A stretch of DNA of 64,000 bases from the IMG/VR virus record IMGVR_UViG_3300014039_000017, positions 82,799-146,798 of that record; one strand, 5' to 3'. The translations under genes and the position numbers were made by a program. Below, piece after piece: positions 34,884 to 45,987 of this stretch (within the stretch, counting starts at the first letter, position 1; each line of letters begins with the position of its first letter). The notes below the pieces were generated by a model. The model did not search any database, was not told where the DNA came from, and saw only the letters and a program-made list of their open reading frames with translations. This stretch comes from a virus (Duplodnaviria; Caudoviricetes).

Positions 34884-36182
34884 TTATATTAATGAATATT
34901 CTTTTGTTTGTTCATTATAAGCAACTTGAGGATTCCATACATAATACCATTCATCATTTATTAGAACGTAATCTTCATTATCCTCTATATAGCACATTGG
35001 AATTTCTTCTATTCTTGTTTTGTTAACGTGTACATCAACATATTTTTCGTTAATTGAAAAATTATCATTACACCATTCACAATAATGAGCACAATCTTCA
35101 CAAAGCCAATCGCCATAAAATGACGAATAACACCATCCACTTGGACCCTCATCATCATATCCGTATGCGGATTCCCCACAACAGTAACAAGTGTAAAGGA
35201 ATCTTCCCGAACCATTTAAACCACCTTCAGTATCATCGGCTGTATAATATCCGTCATCTGAATTAGTGCTTATATATTTTTTATCTTCAGTTACATATCT
35301 AAAACTATCCAGATAAGGGAAATATTCATATTCCTCATTTAAATGAATTGTAAGATTAATATATTTTGATTCAGCATAATCATCTTCTGGCCCAAACCAA
35401 TACTGCTCATCCCCAGTACTAAGCAAACTATTATTAACCCTATAATACCATTTATGTTCTTTTGCGTATTCAATAAATTGAGAATCAAGAAAATCTTCAC
35501 AAGTATAGAACCTATCCATAAATGTGCCTTCTGGGAGTTCCCAAACTATAGCTCTACCCATAAGTAGACCGTCTTTAAAGCATCCTAGCATTTTAGCGTG
35601 ATCTTCATATATTTTAAAATATGATTCACACTCTCCATGCCGCATACAACTATTACCCAAAGTTCCAGAGTCTTTATAATAATTATCAGCGTTATAATAT
35701 TTAGTTATGTCTGAACCTGAAACGAGCTTAAATTCTCCAGATTGAAAAAGTTCATTTTTAATCCAGTTGGCAAAATCCTCAAATTCTTTACATTTATATT
35801 CGTGCTTTAGAACTCTTTGAATTAGCTTAGAAGGCTTAGATTCCTGTCTTCCTTCGCGAGACCATACGCCACAATCAGAATATTTAGCCTCTTTTCCTTT
35901 AGGAAGGAATGAAATTGTTAGAGAATTTATTCTATATGTAAGCATTCTAGCCTCATCAGTAATTAGAGAATTGATAATATCAAGTAATGGTTGTACCAAA
36001 TATTTTTTATCACTTATTGGATTATATGTCAAGTCTATAACACAACTATTATATGTGTTAATACATGTATTTGCTGTAAGAATTTCTGATGCAATTTTAC
36101 ATTCAGGATGTTTTTGGTATACAGCTTCAAATATTTCTTTAAGACTATCTGAAAGTAAAGGTAATAACTTTGTATATTCCAT
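34884..36182 (-). CDS. Hypothetical protein (NSCM / GRAIVW / FPYLDSF motifs, Cys-rich C-terminus)
   Basis: 432-aa intact ORF. Confidence 0.75.
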   Translation of the reverse strand: MEYTKLLPLLSDSLKEIFEAVYQKHPECKIASEILTANTCINTYNSCVIDLTYNPISDKKYLVQPLLDIINSLITDEARMLTYRINSLTISFLPKGKEAKYSDCGVWSREGRQESKPSKLIQRVLKHEYKCKEFEDFANWIKNELFQSGEFKLVSGSDITKYYNADNYYKDSGTLGNSCMRHGECESYFKIYEDHAKMLGCFKDGLLMGRAIVWELPEGTFMDRFYTCEDFLDSQFIEYAKEHKWYYRVNNSLLSTGDEQYWFGPEDDYAESKYINLTIHLNEEYEYFPYLDSFRYVTEDKKYISTNSDDGYYTADDTEGGLNGSGRFLYTCYCCGESAYGYDDEGPSGWCYSSFYGDWLCEDCAHYCEWCNDNFSINEKYVDVHVNKTRIEEIPMCYIEDNEDYVLINDEWYYVWNPQVAYNEQTKEYSLI

Positions 36183-36183
36183 T

Positions 36184-36372
36184 TTATTTCTCTCTTAATG
36201 ATTTTATAAAAATATCAGCAAGAATTCCTACAAAATCCAAATTAGAATTCTCGTCGCAATTATTAAATTTAACATCATAATCCAAATTTCCAACTTCTTT
36301 ATCATAAGTAAGATTAATTTGGATTTCATTGTCTGAATTAACGTTTTTAAACGTTACTATGGCTTTCTCCAT
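36184..36372 (-). CDS. Hypothetical protein
   Basis: Packed ORF. Confidence 0.6.
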   Translation of the reverse strand: MEKAIVTFKNVNSDNEIQINLTYDKEVGNLDYDVKFNNCDENSNLDFVGILADIFIKSLREK

Positions 36373-36739
36373 AAGATTTAATTAAATTATAAAATAATTT
36401 TATATCCATTATAGCACATCTTCCAACTGTTACTATATTTTTTTCTTTTGGCTCTTGTTTATCTCACAAAATAACAAAAGATTCATTTGGAACTGTAGAT
36501 TGCTCTCTAATTTTAAAGTATTGAGGATAAGGTATTTGATGTTTAATTTGGATATTCATTCCAAATGGAAGTTGATTTTCAGTATCTAATACATCAACTT
36601 TATTATCATCAGTAGCTTTTGAACCTTGTCTAGAAGACATTACTTTATCAAAACCTAATTCTTTAAGTTCATTTATTACTTTTTGTTCTGCTCTGATCCC
36701 TCTACTTCTGTTATATGATCCAGATCGTCTTTTAGGCAT
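36347..36739 (-). CDS. Holliday junction resolvase-like PD-(D/E)xK nuclease (TGA=Trp)
   Basis: RG..AE...LKELGF...D...NIQIK. Confidence 0.7.
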
Positions 36740-37725
36740 AAAAACTCTTTAGCTTTATTAATTAATTCCAGAGTTTTATCTTTACCGTATTTTTTATAAA
36801 AATCTGAAATATCTTTTGCTTCGTACTTTCTAGGAATAAATACAAATTTAAGTTCTGGATGTATTCTCTTAATTCTATTCATACCTTCAATGCCCGGTAA
36901 GTCGTTATCATATCCTACGACTATATTCTTAAATTTTTGTTTAAGCCGATCTAGCTGTGAATCAGTTACAAACAGATTTTCACTATTTGGAGCAATAGCT
37001 GTAATTCCCAATTCATATAAAAGCATACAATCTTTAAGAGATTTGGTAATTACTAGTAGATTTCCTCCATTTCTTGGAAGTAACCCCTGAATTTTAGTTT
37101 TCTCTCAATTAGACAGAAATTTAAATTTATGATTATTTGGAAAGTAAAGTCTTCAAAGATCCATATTATTCTTCTTTCCTCCAAAATACCCAAATATTTT
37201 TTGAGTAGGAGTTTCCAAATGAAATAAATGCCCGTTAAGTCATATATTCTTACAAGAAAATACATTAAATCTTTTTAAAGTATTTTCTGTTATTCCGTAA
37301 GATAACCACCAATCTAGTTCGTATTGTTGAAATGGTCTAATCTCAACCTGTATAATTGAAGATTGTACTGGCTCTAAAATAGTTGACTCTACCTTGACTG
37401 GGTTAACAGCCAAAGTAGAGTTCTTAACTATTCCAAAATCATTAGCCGCAATTAGCAACGCTTTTACGAAATCACAGCTAAATTTATGTTGAACCACATA
37501 CAACCAATCCCCACAAAAATCAGAACCAAAATCTTTAACAATTAATCTTCCTTTACTATTCTTATAGTAACATACAGTAGGATTATTATCAGATCTAAAT
37601 TTAGATTTAAATAAGCCTTTACGGATTGGAACTCCATAATATGTTGCCATAAGAGTTTCTTGACTAATTCTAGATTCTATTAATTCCTTAGTTATTTTTG
37701 GAGGAATAGTTATAATAGACTCCAA
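36676..37725 (-). CDS. DNA primase (TOPRIM; TGA=Trp)
   Basis: FRSDNNP...KDFG; ITKSLKDCM; YDNDLPG; KDISD. Two track ORFs in one frame. Confidence 0.88.
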
Positions 37726-37727
37726 GA

Positions 37728-38387
37728 TTAAGCAAATGGAAGATCATCAACAGAATTATTAAGATCTTCTGATACTGCTCCTAGAATATCATCAGCAGTC
37801 TTAGGAGACATTGTTGTAGGTTTTGCGTTATTAGCAGCATCAATCTTCTTAACTTCACTAGAAGTAAGAGTAAGCTCGTGACCGATAACTCTAGTAGCAA
37901 TACCCAAATCACCACTCTTTGTAATTCTTGCAACAAAAGTTGGCATAGATACATAACCATTAGACTGAGGAACAAGCTTAATTTGAACTTTAAGCTTACC
38001 AACGGCAGGATCAGTCCACTGCTTAATAGTATCACAAATTTGTTTAAAGTTACCAGTAAGAGTCTTTGTACCAGAATCAATATCCTTTACAATCTGAGGA
38101 TCTACTGCTTCAAGAATTTCTCTTACAAGAACAAGAAAATGATCCAGCATAGACGCTGATACTCCCCACTGCATAGCTGTACGCTCATCTGACTGAGGTT
38201 CAAAGAAATTCTGTGTATATGGGCCGTATCCATCAATATCAAGCTTTAGTGCAAGCGTCTTAAATGAGTTGCCATCTTTCTGACTAGTCTTAGTCTCAAA
38301 AGCAACTCCCATAAAAGTAGCATCTTTAATTCCTGCCGTAAGCTTACCAGCAGACTCTACAACCTTCTGTGCAAAATTAAAATTCAT
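37728..38387 (-). CDS. Putative single-stranded DNA-binding protein
   Basis: Acidic DDLPF tail; lies between Sak4 and primase. Confidence 0.7.
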   Translation of the reverse strand: MNFNFAQKVVESAGKLTAGIKDATFMGVAFETKTSQKDGNSFKTLALKLDIDGYGPYTQNFFEPQSDERTAMQWGVSASMLDHFLVLVREILEAVDPQIVKDIDSGTKTLTGNFKQICDTIKQWTDPAVGKLKVQIKLVPQSNGYVSMPTFVARITKSGDLGIATRVIGHELTLTSSEVKKIDAANNAKPTTMSPKTADDILGAVSEDLNNSVDDLPFA

Positions 38388-38399
38388 ATAAATTAAAAA

Positions 38400-38825
38400 T
38401 TAGTTTAAATCAATATTTTCGTTTAATTCATTTAAGGAATCAATTTCTTCTTTAAGAGGATCGATTTCTTCAATTCTCTCTACTTTTTCCATTTTAAGAT
38501 AATTCTTAAAAGGAACTAGTTTAAAGAAACTGCCGTATTCTTTCAGAATTGTATTCTGAATTCCTCTAAACGATACGGTCTTAGATTTCGTTAGCCTATT
38601 TCCATTAATAGAGTCTTTACATATTAATGGGAATGTTGTTTCTTTATCTACATTTCAATATGTAATAGCTATTTTATCTCCTGGAATAGCTCCAAGAGCT
38701 TTAACCGCTTCTTTAGATAACACAAGTCTTGAATTATCCACTTCTACAGTAGCTAAATCTTGATTATATGAGATATCAGAAACTTTATCTTCTATTGGTA
38801 GTTTAGGTAATGTGTAATTAAGCAT
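38400..38825 (-). CDS. Hypothetical protein (TGA=Trp)
   Basis: Readthrough of TGA 38655 fills the gap to TAA 38400. Confidence 0.65.
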
Positions 38826-39498
38826 TAAACTCGTTGATTTTATCAATTACATACTGCATATCATTAGGAATAAGCATAGTATCAAAACAATCAATTGGAG
38901 TTTTTGCTGTTGTAGAACCATCAGATTTAGTTATAAATGAATACACAGTATTATTCTTATCGTCTGTTGAAATATTAGTAAATAGAACATAGGTAAACAA
39001 ACCTTCTACAGTAATAAGATTATCGATCATCTTACCTACAGTTTTAATTTTATACTTAGGTTCATCTGCTGTACCAATATTTTCAGAATGACAAGAAACT
39101 ATAATATTCAAATCATCTCGCATAGAAATAGACTCTTTAAGAATAGAATAAAATTTCTGTGCGATTTCAGTAAATTTATCAAAACCTCTTTCCTTAGCTC
39201 TATCCATAGCTTCAAATGCCATTAGATATTGAGCGTCGTCAATTATAATATTCTTTATTTCTAGACGTTTCTGGTCAATATAAGTAAGCATTTTATTAAT
39301 TGTGCCTACATCAGAAGTTGAAATATAATTACCAGTTGGATTATCTTTATTAAATGTAGTATAGTTAGTTTTCCATCCTCTAAAAGGTAGAGGTTTAGAT
39401 GCTACATTAATAATAAAGGTTTCCTTTGGATTAAGAGTTCTAAAACTTGTACTTTTACCTGAACCTGAGTTTCCTACAATTGCAATAAGATTAGCCAT
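38818..39498 (-). CDS. Sak4-like P-loop ATPase / ssDNA annealing protein
   Basis: GNSGSGKST, IIIDDAQY and AKTP motifs. Confidence 0.82.
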   Translation of the reverse strand: MANLIAIVGNSGSGKSTSFRTLNPKETFIINVASKPLPFRGWKTNYTTFNKDNPTGNYISTSDVGTINKMLTYIDQKRLEIKNIIIDDAQYLMAFEAMDRAKERGFDKFTEIAQKFYSILKESISMRDDLNIIVSCHSENIGTADEPKYKIKTVGKMIDNLITVEGLFTYVLFTNISTDDKNNTVYSFITKSDGSTTAKTPIDCFDTMLIPNDMQYVIDKINEFNA

Positions 39499-39501
39499 AA
39501 T

Positions 39502-41838
39502 TTAAAAATGATATTGTAATTCTTTTTTAGACTCTTTTTGAGTCTGATCTTCTATTTTTGTTTTATTTGGGTTTATGTTTTGATTGTCAAGGCTTAGATA
39601 AGGACGCCAATCAGTAACTTGTTTAGGGGGCGGCAATTGTCGAAATATACCTAATTCTCCAAAGAAGTTTACAGGAATTACTCTATCTGATACTCCTTGG
39701 CGGTTTTTTAGTAAACAACAAATTCTGATACGATCTCTTAACCCTAAAAATGGATTCTGTTGTCCAGAATCTTCTACAATTACTGGGTATCCTTGATATG
39801 ATTTTAATTTAAACTTTAGAGGATAGTAAACTCCAATACATACTTCACACAATTTTGTTATCTTCACAGCTCTTTATCTGTGAAATCTATATGTTACCAT
39901 ATAGTTCAGACTATATCTTCTCTTTTTTTAGAGTTGCTCCGTTTTCGTGGTAGATTTATATCCTCGACTTTACGTTAGGAATCACTACTAGTCGTTAGGC
40001 ATTTTCCTTTATTTCTAAAGGGTTTAGCACGGGATTGTCCATTTTTGGAGTTTCCCCGTTTAGCGGAGTTTTACAACGACTATGTAATTTATATTTACAA
40101 CAATCTTGTATATAAGGAATTATTAGATTTTCAAATAATTGTGCAGATTTAGATTTTATATAGAGTCTATTATCACTATGAATAGCTGTATAGATGTTAT
40201 ACTTATATAAAAACATATCTTGCATCATTTTAATTTCAGATTTAGTAAAGCAATTAGTAGCTAAATAATAACCATTTCCAGTAGCTTTAAACCCATCATC
40301 TTGAAATCATATAGCTAAACCTAAAGGTTTTATAGAATTTAACATTTCTTTATTTATATATTTAATTTTTTTATCACCTTCTATTTTATAAAACATATTA
40401 TAAAATTTTCATAAACATTTATTTTGTCTAGAATGAGCTGTATATAAATAATAAATTTTATTTGTTCTTTTATCAAATTCTTTAGTTAAGAAAAATGATT
40501 TAAATAAAGGCTGCATCTGATCAAACTTTCATTTACAGTAATCTTTTTGTTTTGGAGAATGCCCGAAAATTAAATAAGGGGTTTCTGTGCGATTAGGAGT
40601 TATCATACATGAATCTCCTAAAAGACCTCCTATAATTATTTGATATTGATCATCAGTTAATTCTATTTCCTTTAGAAAATTTGGTTCTAATCCAAGTTTG
40701 TTTCTATAATCACAAACTCTTTTAGATGGAATTTTAATTATTTCAGAAATTTCTGGATCGGTTAGACCTTTGTTATAAAGATCCATAAATTTATCATAAT
40801 CAAAATTTCATTTAATTCTAAAATCTGCAAGTGAAATATTATACTTTTTACACCGAGCATATAAAGTACCATATTTTACATTTAATAAATCTAACATTTC
40901 TTTTACGCAACTTGATTTCTCTTTTGCGTTTTCAATTTCTTTTTTAGTTAAAATAAATTTTTCCATATTTTATATATTTTTAATTTTTATATACAAATAT
41001 AGTAAAAAATTATTCTTTTTAAAGAAACTGGATAATTTTAATATAAATTTCGTTTATCGTTAAACGGACCTCCAGAATCTTTGAGACCGTCTGGGGAACA
41101 TTCTGTCATACCAGCTTTTACCCTATCAATATCAGATGAATTTCTATTCTCTTGTTGAAGAATAGTAAACGATACGCGACATTTTTCTCGAATAGAAACA
41201 CAGTACGAAGAGATTAAATCGATTTCTTCTTTTTTAGAGTGATTATCAACAGATTGGCACAATCCGATATGATCTATAACGACTTGAACTATTTGAGTTG
41301 GATCGTTTTTAATATATATTGTTTGCTTACCATCATTTATAGGCTCAAATGTTCCTCACTCTTCTAATAAACTCATTAAAGAATGATAGAAAGATTTATT
41401 ATTAAGAGATTTATCAAATATAATAAACTTCTTCTCAATAGATTTTAATCAGTCTTTTCCCTTTTGTACATATATATAATTTTCATCAGAAAGTTTATCC
41501 TGCCATGACATAAGTGTTGTATAAGGTATTATCTTTCCAAATTCTTCATATATATACATGCATAGAAGCTTAGATAGGAGTATTGGAGCTGACATTTCCA
41601 AACTATAATACGCAATAACAATATTAGCGTCTGGATTATCCTTTAGTGGCCTATAAATATAGCTATAAAGCGCTAGGGCAGTCTTTCCAGCCCCAGAAAG
41701 TCCAAAGATTAACGTATATATTCCAGAACGTACTCCACCTGTGTATTCATCAAGTTTTGGAATTCCGGTACTAAATCCTTTATTTTTACCTTCTCGACCT
41801 TGATCAATTGTCTTATAAAGAATATCTACATTAGTCAT
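39502..41838 (-). CDS. DnaB-like replicative helicase, 2 exons (41838-41056, 39849-39502), TGA=Trp
   Basis: GLSGAGKT, YSLEM, VIDHIG, QQENR, LKDSGGPFND|CEVCIGVY and LKNRQG motifs. Confidence 0.9.
39995..40966 (-). CDS. LAGLIDADG homing endonuclease (TGA=Trp); C-terminus overlaps ribozyme core
   Basis: IIGGLLGDS; LAI-W-FQDDG. Joins track ORFs 40529 and 39995. Confidence 0.88.
40994..41001 (-). promoter_or_regulatory. -7 element (TATATTTG) upstream of intron #5 endonuclease
   Basis: 27 nt before ATG 40966. Confidence 0.55.
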
Positions 41839-42427
41839 CCATTAAACAAATATTATTAGCAACTTTGATCTTATTAGGATCATCTCTCAACTCTTTTAAC
41901 ATTTCCCACTGATGATTACCAACAAAATTTATAAGTGAAAAATTAACATAATTATTCTCTATTCCTCATCTTAATATATCCATAATCTCAGCATGTTTAT
42001 CTGGATTATGACATATTTGAGTACCATACCAAAAATAAAATTCATCTAAATCAGTAAATTTCTTAGTAATATCTCTCAATGGAACTAATTTTCCATTAAT
42101 TTCAACACTTTTTGGATAAGTATTGAAGAGTTCACTACCCATAAATCCTGATTCTTTAAAAAAGCGTTTAAGAAAGTTTTTATTAAATTCTATATCATTA
42201 CAAATATAATTATCTGTATTATAAGATTTTAATATAACACCTTTCTCTTTTAAGGAATTAAATAGATCTCTTAATCTATTTTTTCCTCCATTTTCAAATC
42301 ATTTATTAAAATATGTAATATTACCACCATTTTCTATTCTAGCAATATACGTTACATAAACTAACAATAATTCTTCGGCAGTTAAATTATATTCTGCCAT
42401 TATGTTTAAGATTGTATTTAAGTTCAA
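41831..42427 (-). CDS. Hypothetical replication-cluster protein (missed by track; TGA=Trp)
   Basis: Open frame from TTG 42427 (or ATG 42400) to TAA 41831, interrupted only by TGA; fills the gap between the helicases. Confidence 0.65.
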
Positions 42428-42497
42428 TTTAAATAAATTAAAAGAATCTATTTAAATTACAATGTTTAAAACTTTTACGTGTGCATTGTATTAACTT

Positions 42498-45076
42498 TTA
42501 AAATCTATTTTCATAATCAGTTATAAAATTCATAGGTCTTGTTTCTACTTTTTCATAGTTTAAGACCTTTTTTAATTTATCTTCTGAATCTATAACAATA
42601 TAGTCAGAAGTATTGCTATTTGCAAACCATTTTAATTCTTGAGTGTCTGCAATAACAAGAGTAAACATTTCAGCTGTTTTACCTGGCTCAAATCTACAGA
42701 TTCGGCCTGATTGTTGAACCGCAGTTATTTTAGAACTATTTATGTTCATCCTAACTCCAACAGATAGCCCTTTTAAATCTACGCCTTCATTTAAAGCTTT
42801 AGAGGAATTCAATACACCTGAAGCAGAATTATTAAAATCTTCTATAGCTTTTTTATTTTCAGATTCCTTTTTACCTGAATGAAGAGTTGTTCCACGTTTA
42901 ATAGATTCTGCAAATTTAATTGTAGGGCAAAATGTAATGCATTTTTTATCTTTACGTGCATCTAGAATCATTCTACAGGTTTCTATCTTTTTAGGATGGT
43001 TTTCTATAAAATCTTTTCTAGCATGTAAAGCTTTCATTCATTGCGCAGATTGAGCTAATACTTGTTTTGGATTACTTCCAATTTCTTTAGCATATTTATT
43101 GCGAAACTTCCAATCTTGCAAACATCCCATCGCAATTTTAAAATCTCATTGAAAGAACGCAAAATAACTATTAAATTTCTTATTTAATTCTTTATATTGA
43201 GTTAAATCAACATTTAAAAGAACTAAATAATTTTTAACTGGAGCAACCCAACCATTTTTAAGCGCTTCATCTAAAGTGATTGTGTCACATACAGGAGCGT
43301 ACTTTTTTATTATTATTTCCTTTCCATCAAGTCTCTCAAGCGTTGCGGTTAAACACATAATAAATGTATAATTAACAGCTTTAAATAACTCTGAAAAGGT
43401 GTCTGAAGCCATTCTATGGCATTCCATTTATATTAACTTATACTTTCGCATAAGATTAGACTATATCTTATTTATAATTACTATAAATTTTGCTATTTCC
43501 AAATACTGTTGTTGTGCATATATGCGCAATATTTGTACTCCTAAAAGGATAGTCGTTGAGCCTACATCCTATAAGGATGTTTGGTTGCGGATTTCCCAAT
43601 CTTTTTCTTTTTTACTATACTGAGGTAATTATTCTCACCGTTATATATGTTGCCATTATAATTTAGTAGAAAAAGCTCTAAGGGAGTTCCCGACAATTAA
43701 GCAAATTTAAAGTCAACAAATTATTCATCGACTATAAGTAAGTCAGTATTTCACTGCTTTTTTATCACTGTGTTAATAACTTCAACATCACAATTTTGTA
43801 TTAATCCAAAATTCATTATAGAAGTTAATCACTGCTGTTTTAAAAAGGTTGTAGGTACAACAACTAAAACATTTAATGTAGGACGTTTTTTACAAAGGAG
43901 TTTAATTGCTTTTAAGGCTGTCCGGGTTTTCAGTTTTGTTATCCTAAAGGCTTTTTATCCTTTAGCTCTATATATTTCTATATAGCTCGGCGTACATTTT
44001 CACCCACTTATTTCAGTTGGGGTGTTGAGCACTCTTGGGAACATTATATTCTATTTATAGGTTCAGTTCCTACGCTCTACGGTGACTAATTATATTATTA
44101 ATTAGTTTACCTCGGTATTATCCGTTAGGACTTTTACCGATTTTGCTCAATAAAATTCTCTCATTCTTGAGGAGATCGGCTTTCTTGTTTAAAGAAAGTA
44201 TATTTTAAATATTTTCTTTTAAGATATACTGTAGAATTGTTATAAATATAATCTAAAAACTTAAATGTATCTTTTAAGCTAAAATATATAATTCAAGTTT
44301 CATTTGAATGTCGTTTATCATGTAAAAAATTTATATTAAAACCAGAATATTCTCCAATTTTAATTAAAAACTGTTTTGTCCCAATAATTGAAATATTAGG
44401 AGATACAATTGTTTTACATATATGTTGAGAAAAACATCCATCTCCATCAAAATATCCACGAATAAAATGCCGAATTAAGTTTTTTGATTTAAATATTGAT
44501 TCTTTCGGAAAATTAAGAGTTAAAGATTTATTCGGAGTGCAGCCATAATTGTTAAGAATTGTTCATAAATGTTTATTCGTAACACATCATCTACATCTTC
44601 CAAAAACTTTATCTTTAATCTTACTTTTACTTATTTTAATATTTTCCCCGTTATATCCAACAAATTTATTAAACTTATATAAATGTTCGGTATCCTTTTC
44701 GCACAAAGAAATTTCAAAAGTATAATGCGCTTTTTTATTTTCTATATTAGCAATATATCCATCAGCGTATATAAATCCTAATCAGTATGCTTTTTCTTCA
44801 GCATCAATAGAATCAAATATATTTTCATTAAATTTTGATATATTTCATCTATTAATAATTTTTATTTTAGCACTTTTAATTATTTTAGTAATTTCTCATC
44901 TAGATACATTTTCTATTTTAGCTAATTTACTTAATGAATATCCATTCTTGTAATCACTTATAATATCAATTCTATTTCTCATATAAACCTACCCCAGTGG
45001 CATAACATATTGAGCCACAGCCTTTTACATTAATTCACCTTTTTATTCCAAGTTCTTGTCGTTCATCCCTAGTCAT
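42498..45076 (-). CDS. SF2 (DExH) helicase, 3 exons (45076-44987, 43930-43727, 43424-42498), TGA=Trp
   Basis: Spliced ATGVG|KT (motif I), VVVPT, LIVD|ECH (motif II), LTAT, LNEGVD and QQSGRICR. Confidence 0.9.
43425..43726 (-). mobile_element. Group I intron #6, ORF-less (302 nt), in DECH motif
   Basis: GTCGAT| ... TAAATG|GAA. IGS GTTGACT (43711-43717). AATTGTCGGGAA, AATCCGCAACCAA, ACGACTA and AAGATATAGTC. Confidence 0.92.
43931..44986 (-). mobile_element. Group I intron #7 in Walker A of SF2 helicase, with LAGLIDADG homing endonuclease
   Basis: GTAGGT| ... AAAACTG|AAA. AAATCGGT/ATACCGA P4; variant P7 GAGCGTA/TACGCC. Confidence 0.87.
44134..44982 (-). CDS. LAGLIDADG homing endonuclease (missed by track; TGA=Trp)
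   Basis: KAY-W-LGFIYADGY and HFIRGYFDGDG. Ends TAA 44134. Confidence 0.88.
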
Positions 45077-45987
45077 TAAAACTGTTTATCGCAATTCATA
45101 CAATCCTGTGTAGTGCATTTATTACAAGGAATATCATTATTGTAATAATCACTTTCACTAGGATAGTCATCTATATAATTTCTATAATAAGTAGAAGAGA
45201 TATAATTTGGTTTTTGTTTCTCTATTGTATAATATTTATTATTTTCATCTAATGTCTTAATAATATCATGCATGAAATTAAGACAATTTTCAAGCCAATC
45301 TACATTACATGACTCGGCATAAAAATGTTCATTTAAATATCCGCAACTTATATTAACTCCAGAAATACATAATTCTTCCGCAATTACACCTATATCAGTA
45401 AATGTACCAGTAGATTCTTTATATCCATATTTAGACATTACGTCTTTAATATCTTTTACAAAGTCTTTACTAGCAGAATTAATACCATTAGTGTGAGTAA
45501 TCAAATCGCTTTTACCTCTTCTGTCTGCCTGAAGCATATATCTTACATTGGAAAAGAATGATACGTTATCGGCAGCTAATTTAGCACCAATACCACCAAT
45601 CTCCTCTTGAACAGTAAAACATACTTTAAGATCTGGGAGAGTTTCTAGGAGCTGCAATGCACAACAAATTCCATTAGAATCATCTGCATTTAATCCACAT
45701 TGCAATCCAGACTTTATATAACGTGCAGTAATAACTCCATTGTTATATACAAGTTCACGATTCCCATAAAAAGAATTAACACCATCTAGGTGAGCAACTA
45801 TACAAGCATAATCATCTACATCGTTAGTGTTCTTAGTAATAAAAAGATTTCCCTTTTGACCTATTTCAAATGTCAAATTAGGTATCTTATAACAATAATT
45901 TAGTATAAAACTGATCATGTCATGTTCAAATTCTGACTCATGATCAATTAAAAATAATCTTTTAAGTAGTCTTAAATTTAGTTTCAT
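45076..45987 (-). CDS. M20/M28-family zinc peptidase-like protein
   Basis: VAHLD, NADDSNG, QEEIG, DRRG, TD and GY..EH motifs. Confidence 0.82.
   Translation of the reverse strand: MKLNLRLLKRLFLIDHESEFEHDMISFILNYCYKIPNLTFEIGQKGNLFITKNTNDVDDYACIVAHLDGVNSFYGNRELVYNNGVITARYIKSGLQCGLNADDSNGICCALQLLETLPDLKVCFTVQEEIGGIGAKLAADNVSFFSNVRYMLQADRRGKSDLITHTNGINSASKDFVKDIKDVMSKYGYKESTGTFTDIGVIAEELCISGVNISCGYLNEHFYAESCNVDWLENCLNFMHDIIKTLDENNKYYTIEKQKPNYISSTYYRNYIDDYPSESDYYNNDIPCNKCTTQDCMNCDKQF

Larger units (their letters stand above)
39850..41055 (-). mobile_element. Group I intron #5 (in dnaB) with LAGLIDADG homing endonuclease
   Basis: AACGAT| ... AAAATTG|TGT. IGS GTCGTTG (40074-40080) pairs with TAACGAT. 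AAACGGGG, AATCCCGTGCTAA, ACGACTA and AAGATATAGTC. Confidence 0.92.

Noticed and set aside
28361-39867. Track starts at 28597 and 39867 as independent genes
   Set aside because: Their N-termini are intron sequence; the remainder are 3' exons of nrdD and dnaB.
3685-44986. Inteins as the explanation for embedded LAGLIDADG domains
   Set aside because: Inserts are out of frame with stops and have group I RNA motifs and U|...G boundaries; no Cys...His-Asn intein ends.
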